DNA of 31,751 bases from a virus (taxonomy: Duplodnaviria; Heunggongvirae; Uroviricota; Caudoviricetes): IMG/VR virus record IMGVR_UViG_2802429221_000013. One strand, 5' to 3'. The position numbers and the translations under genes are program-made. This document shows positions 27,355 to 31,751 of this stretch, in pieces. How positions within the stretch are numbered: the first letter of the stretch is position 1; each line of letters opens with the position of its first letter. The notes under the pieces were generated by a model. The model was not told where the DNA came from. It worked only from the letters and a program-made list of their open reading frames with translations, and searched no databases.

Positions 27355-29794
27355 CAATGTAAAATTACAGGTATTGCTCAGGGCTGTTGACCAGGCATCC
27401 CGCCCGTTTAAATCCATCCGCACAGCGAGTAAGTCGCTGTCGGGGGATATCCGGGAAACACAAAAATCACTGCGCGAGCTGAACGGTCACGCATCCCGTA
27501 TTGAGGGATTCCGCAAGACCAGTGCACAGCTCGCTGTGACTGGTCATGCACTTGAAAAGGCTCGGCAGGAAGCCGAAGCCCTTGCCACACAGTTTAAAAA
27601 CACCGAACGTCCGACCCGTGCTCAGGCGAGAGTGCTGGAATCCGCAAAGCGTGCGGCGGAGGACTTACAGGCGAAATATAACCGCCTGACGGATTCCGTT
27701 AAACGCCAGCAGCGGGAACTGGCCGCTGTGGGAATTAATACCCGCAATCTTGCACATGATGAGCAGGGACTGAAAAACCGTATCAGTGAAACCACCGCAC
27801 AGCTTAACCGACAGCGTGACGCGCTGGCGCGTGTCAGTGCACAACAGGCAAAACTTAATGCAGTAAAACAGCGTTATCAGGCCGGAAAGGAACTGGCCGG
27901 AAATATGGCCTCGGTAGGCGCTGCCGGTGTGGGGATTGCGGCGGCGGGAACGATGGCCGGAGTTAAGCTGCTGATGCCCGGTTATGAGTTTGCGCAGAAA
28001 AACTCAGAATTGCAGGCTGTGCTGGGAGTGGCAAAAGACTCCGCCGAAATGACCGCACTCCGCAAGCAGGCGCGCCAGCTCGGCGACAATACCGCAGCCT
28101 CGGCAGATGATGCAGCCGGTGCACAGATTATCATTGCGAAAGCGGGTGGAGATGCTGCGGCTATTCAGGCGGCAACGCCGGTCACGCTGAATATGGCACT
28201 GGCGAATCAGCGGTCGATGGAAGAAAACGCGCAATTGTTGCTGGGGACTAAGGCATCCTTTCAACTGTCAAATGATGATGTCAGCCATGTGGGCGACGTG
28301 TTGTCGGCAACGATGAATAAGTCGGCGGCTGATTTTCAGGGACTCAGTGATGCACTGACTTACCTCGGCCCGGTTGCGAGGACGGCAGGTGTAAGTCTTG
28401 AGCAGGCAGCGGCCATGACCGGTGTGCTGCATGACAATAACATCAGGGGGTCAATGGCGGGTACGGGTAGCAGTGCCGTTGTCACCCGATTACAGGCACC
28501 GACTGGAAAAGCATGGGATGCACTCAAAGAGCTTGGCGTTAAAACCTCGGACAAAAAGGGAAATATGCGTCCGTTGTTCACCATTCTGAAAGAGATTCAG
28601 GCCAGCTTTGATAAGCATAAGCTGGGAACGTCTCAGAAGGGGGAATACCTTAAAACCATTTTTGGTGAGGAAGCCCTGAAATCAGCGAACGTTTTACTGG
28701 CAGCGGCAGCAAGCGGAAAACTGGATACGCTGACCGCCACGCTGAAAGCCTCGGACGGTAAAACGGAAGAGCTGGTTAAAATCATGCAGGATAACCTCGG
28801 CGGTGACTTTAAGGAGTTTCAGTCCGCTTATGAAGCGGTGGGGACTGACCTGTTTGACCAGCAGGAAGGCGCACTGCGTAATCTCACGCAGATGGCCACA
28901 AAGTATGTGTTAAAACTCGACGGCTGGATCCAGAAAAACAAATCACTGGCGTCAACCATCGGCCTCATTGTCGGTGGTGCACTGGCGCTGACTGGTGTCA
29001 TCGGTGCCATTGGCCTCGTAGCCTGGCCGGTTATCACCGGCATCAATGCCATCATCGCGGCAGCAGGCGCAATGGGGGCAATCTTCACGACGGTTGGTAG
29101 TGCCGTTATGACGGCCATCGGGGCGATTAGCTGGCCGGTTGTGGCCGTGGTGGCTGCCATTGTCGCCGGGGCGTTGCTTATCCGTAAATACTGGGAGCCT
29201 GTCAGCGCATTCTTTGGCGGTGTGGTGGAAGGGCTGAAAGCGGCATTTGCGCCGGTGGGGGAACTGTTCACGCCACTTAAGCCGGTGTTTGACTGGCTGG
29301 GTGAAAAGTTACAGGCCGCGTGGCAGTGGTTTAAAAACCTGATTGCCCCGGTCAAAGCCACCCAGGACACCCTGAACCGTTGCCGTGACACGGGCGTCAT
29401 GTTCGGGCAGGCACTGGCTGACGCGTTGATGCTGCCGCTTAATGCGTTCAACAAACTGCGCAGTGGTATTGACTGGGTACTGGAAAAACTCGGTGTTATC
29501 AACAAAGAGTCAGACACACTTGACCAGACCGCCGCAAGGACTCATGCCGCCACGTATGGCACCGGTGGTTATATTCCGGCGACCAGCTCTTATGCAGGCT
29601 ATCAGGCTTATCAGCCGGTCACGGCACCGGCTGGCCGCTCTTATGTAGACCAGAGTAAAAACGAATATCACATCAGCCTGACGGGTGGTACTGCGCCGGG
29701 GACACAGCTTGACCGCCAGTTACAGGATGCGCTCGAAAAATACGAGCGGGATAAACGTGCGCGCGCCCGTGCCAGCATGATGCATGACGGTTAA
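27347..29794 (+). CDS. T: Tail tape measure protein (P2 gpT)
   Basis: 815 aa, the P2 gpT length, with extended helical regions and C-terminal hydrophobic segments typical of tape-measure proteins. Confidence 0.9.
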   Translation: MSNNVKLQVLLRAVDQASRPFKSIRTASKSLSGDIRETQKSLRELNGHASRIEGFRKTSAQLAVTGHALEKARQEAEALATQFKNTERPTRAQARVLESAKRAAEDLQAKYNRLTDSVKRQQRELAAVGINTRNLAHDEQGLKNRISETTAQLNRQRDALARVSAQQAKLNAVKQRYQAGKELAGNMASVGAAGVGIAAAGTMAGVKLLMPGYEFAQKNSELQAVLGVAKDSAEMTALRKQARQLGDNTAASADDAAGAQIIIAKAGGDAAAIQAATPVTLNMALANQRSMEENAQLLLGTKASFQLSNDDVSHVGDVLSATMNKSAADFQGLSDALTYLGPVARTAGVSLEQAAAMTGVLHDNNIRGSMAGTGSSAVVTRLQAPTGKAWDALKELGVKTSDKKGNMRPLFTILKEIQASFDKHKLGTSQKGEYLKTIFGEEALKSANVLLAAAASGKLDTLTATLKASDGKTEELVKIMQDNLGGDFKEFQSAYEAVGTDLFDQQEGALRNLTQMATKYVLKLDGWIQKNKSLASTIGLIVGGALALTGVIGAIGLVAWPVITGINAIIAAAGAMGAIFTTVGSAVMTAIGAISWPVVAVVAAIVAGALLIRKYWEPVSAFFGGVVEGLKAAFAPVGELFTPLKPVFDWLGEKLQAAWQWFKNLIAPVKATQDTLNRCRDTGVMFGQALADALMLPLNAFNKLRSGIDWVLEKLGVINKESDTLDQTAARTHAATYGTGGYIPATSSYAGYQAYQPVTAPAGRSYVDQSKNEYHISLTGGTAPGTQLDRQLQDALEKYERDKRARARASMMHDG

Positions 29795-29808
29795 GGAGGT
29801 GACGAAAA

Positions 29809-30288
29809 ATGATGCTCGCGTTAGGTATGTTTGTTTTTATGCGCCAGACGCTGCCACACCAGACCATGCAGCGTGAATCAGATTATCGCTGGCCGTCAAA
29901 TTCCCGTATCGGTAAACGGGATGCCTACCAGTTTCTCGGTGTTGGCGAGGAAAACATGACGCTTGCCGGTGTGCTTTATCCCGAACTGACCGGCGGAAAG
30001 CTGACGATGACCACGCTCAGGCTGATGGCAGATGAAGGCCGGGCGTGGCCGTTGCTGGATGGCACCGGCATGATTTACGGCATGTATGTCATCAGCAAGG
30101 TGAGTGAAACAGGGAGTATTTTCTTTGCAGACGGCACACCCCGGAAAATTGATTTTACGCTGTCGCTCACCCGCGTTGATGAATCACTGGCCGCGCTTTA
30201 TGGCGATATCGGTAAACAGGCGGAATCGCTCATCGGTAAGGCTGGCAGTATGGCGACCAGATTCACGGGTATGACGGGGGCGGGATAA
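29809..30288 (+). CDS. U: Tail protein U (P2 gpU)
   Basis: 159 aa, the P2 gpU length, in order. Confidence 0.85.
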   Translation: MMLALGMFVFMRQTLPHQTMQRESDYRWPSNSRIGKRDAYQFLGVGEENMTLAGVLYPELTGGKLTMTTLRLMADEGRAWPLLDGTGMIYGMYVISKVSETGSIFFADGTPRKIDFTLSLTRVDESLAALYGDIGKQAESLIGKAGSMATRFTGMTGAG

Positions 30289-31451
30289 TGCTGGATGCGC
30301 TGACATTTGATGCAGGCAGTACGCTGACGCCGGATTACATGCTGATGCTCGACAGCAGGGATATTACCGGCAATATCAGCGACCGTCTGATGAGCATGAC
30401 CCTGACGGATAACCGGGGCTTTGAGGCTGACCAGCTTGATATTGAACTGAACGATGCCGACGGGCAGGTCGGGCTGCCGGTTCGTGGCGCTGTCCTGACG
30501 GTGTATATCGGCTGGAAAGGTTTTGCCCTGGTATGCAAAGGGAAATTTACCGTTGATGAGGTTGAACACCGGGGCGCGCCGGATGTGGTTACCATCCGCG
30601 CCCGGAGTGCAGATTTTCGCGGGACGCTCAATTCCCGCCGTGAAGGCTCATGGCATGACACCACGCTCGGTGCGATTGTTGAGGCGATAGCCTCCCGTAA
30701 CAGGCTGGAAGCCAGTGTCGCTCCGTCACTGGCCGGAATTAAAATCCTGCACATCGACCAGTCGCAGGAGTCTGATGCGAAATTTCTGACCCGTCTTGCA
30801 GAACGCAACGGCGGTGAGGTGTCGGTAAAAATGGGAAAACTGCTGTTTCTCAAAGCGGGGCAGGGGGTGACGGCCAGCGGTAAAAAAATCCCGCAGATTA
30901 CCATCACCCGCAGCGATGGTGACCGTCACCATTTTGCGATTGCTGACCGTGGAGCCTACACCGGCGTAACGGCAAAGTGGCTACACACCAAAGACCCGAA
31001 GCCGCAAAAGCAGAAGGTAAAACTGAAACGCAAAAAGAAAGAGAAACACCTGCGCGCACTGGAGCACCCGAAAGCGAAACCGGTCACGCAGAAGAAAGCG
31101 CCAAAAGTACCGGAAGCGCGCGAAGGTGAATACATGGCCGGTGAGGCTGACAATGTTTTTGCCCTGACCACGGTATATGCCACAAAAGCGCAGGCCATGC
31201 GCGCCGCTCAGGCGAAGTGGGATAAACTGCAACGGGGTGTGGCGGAGTTCTCCATCAGCCTGGCTACCGGTCGGGCAGATATTTACACGGAAACACCGGT
31301 TAAAGTGTCAGGCTTTAAGCGCGTCATAGACGAGCAGGACTGGACAATCACTAAGGTGACACATTTTCTGAATAATAGCGGCTTCACGACGTCCTTAGAG
31401 CTTGAGGTCAGGCTTTCTGATGTGGAGTACGAAACAGAAGATGATGAGTGA
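30288..31451 (+). CDS. D: Tail protein D (P2 gpD)
   Basis: 387 aa, the P2 gpD length, in order; contains a lysine-rich internal linker. Confidence 0.85.
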   Translation: MLDALTFDAGSTLTPDYMLMLDSRDITGNISDRLMSMTLTDNRGFEADQLDIELNDADGQVGLPVRGAVLTVYIGWKGFALVCKGKFTVDEVEHRGAPDVVTIRARSADFRGTLNSRREGSWHDTTLGAIVEAIASRNRLEASVAPSLAGIKILHIDQSQESDAKFLTRLAERNGGEVSVKMGKLLFLKAGQGVTASGKKIPQITITRSDGDRHHFAIADRGAYTGVTAKWLHTKDPKPQKQKVKLKRKKKEKHLRALEHPKAKPVTQKKAPKVPEAREGEYMAGEADNVFALTTVYATKAQAMRAAQAKWDKLQRGVAEFSISLATGRADIYTETPVKVSGFKRVIDEQDWTITKVTHFLNNSGFTTSLELEVRLSDVEYETEDDE

Positions 31452-31532
31452 TGTATTTTATTTATCTGTTTGTTTTATAAGGATAAATTAACTAAAATGG
31501 CACCATCAACAAAACCGGAAGAGGTGCTCGCG

Positions 31533-31751
31533 ATGTTTCATTGTCCTTTATGCCAGCATGCCGCACATGCGCGTACAAGTCGCTATATCACTGACACGAC
31601 AAAAGAGCGTTATCACCAGTGTCAGAACGTGAATTGCAGCGCCACGTTCATCACTTATGAGTCGGTACAGCGATACATCGTGAAGCCGGGAGAAGTCCAC
31701 GCCGTAAGGCCGCACCCATTGCCGTCAGGGCAGCAAATTATGTGGATGTAA
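31533..31751 (+). CDS. ogr: Late-gene transcription activator Ogr (zinc finger)
   Basis: The internal ATG at 31533 follows a GAGGT ribosome-binding site and gives 72 aa starting MFHCPLCQHAAHARTSRYITDTTKERYHQCQNVNCSATF, with CxxC...CxxxxC zinc-finger cysteines as in P2 Ogr. Last gene before the expected right attachment site. Confidence 0.9.
   Translation: MFHCPLCQHAAHARTSRYITDTTKERYHQCQNVNCSATFITYESVQRYIVKPGEVHAVRPHPLPSGQQIMWM

Noticed and set aside
28828-29517. 229-aa minus-strand ORF inside the tape-measure gene
   Set aside because: Antisense to T, whose length matches P2 gpT exactly; Ser/Ala/Thr-rich translation is typical of a spurious GC-rich frame.
30335-31232. Minus-strand ORFs within D (190, 80 and 83 aa)
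   Set aside because: Antisense to a well-supported tail gene with no independent evidence.
1-31751. Search for tRNA, rRNA, CRISPR arrays and IS elements
   Set aside because: No cloverleaf-like conserved tRNA motifs, no regularly spaced direct repeats, and no transposase ORFs or terminal inverted repeats were seen.

Overview
This window is almost entirely one P2-like (Peduovirus-type) temperate prophage, read from its integrase end to the ogr stop codon, inserted directly upstream of the host gene pflA (1..798, minus strand). Gene order, protein lengths and recognisable protein sequences match the P2 prophage map: int, C, cox, B, small early ORFs, A, a cargo slot, cos, Q and P (leftward), then O-N-M-L-X-Y-K-lysA-lysB/lysC-R-S-V-W-J-I-H-G, a second cargo slot, FI-FII-E/E'-T-U-D-ogr. 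The right attachment site lies beyond the window. The backbone is GC-rich; three AT-rich islands carry non-P2 cargo. The most interesting is in the A-to-cos slot (where P2 carries tin/old): a 300-aa protein with the catalytic motifs of the endonuclease/exonuclease/phosphatase (EEP) superfamily plus a tightly coupled 150-aa partner, which I propose as a candidate anti-phage defence system not known to me as a described one. The second is in the G-to-FI slot (P2 Z/fun position): two small membrane proteins, a candidate exclusion or abortive-infection module. The third is a convergent, overlapping gene pair between cox and B. No tRNA, rRNA, CRISPR array or IS element was seen. All calls rest on reading the ORF translations and sequence by eye; no database search was run.
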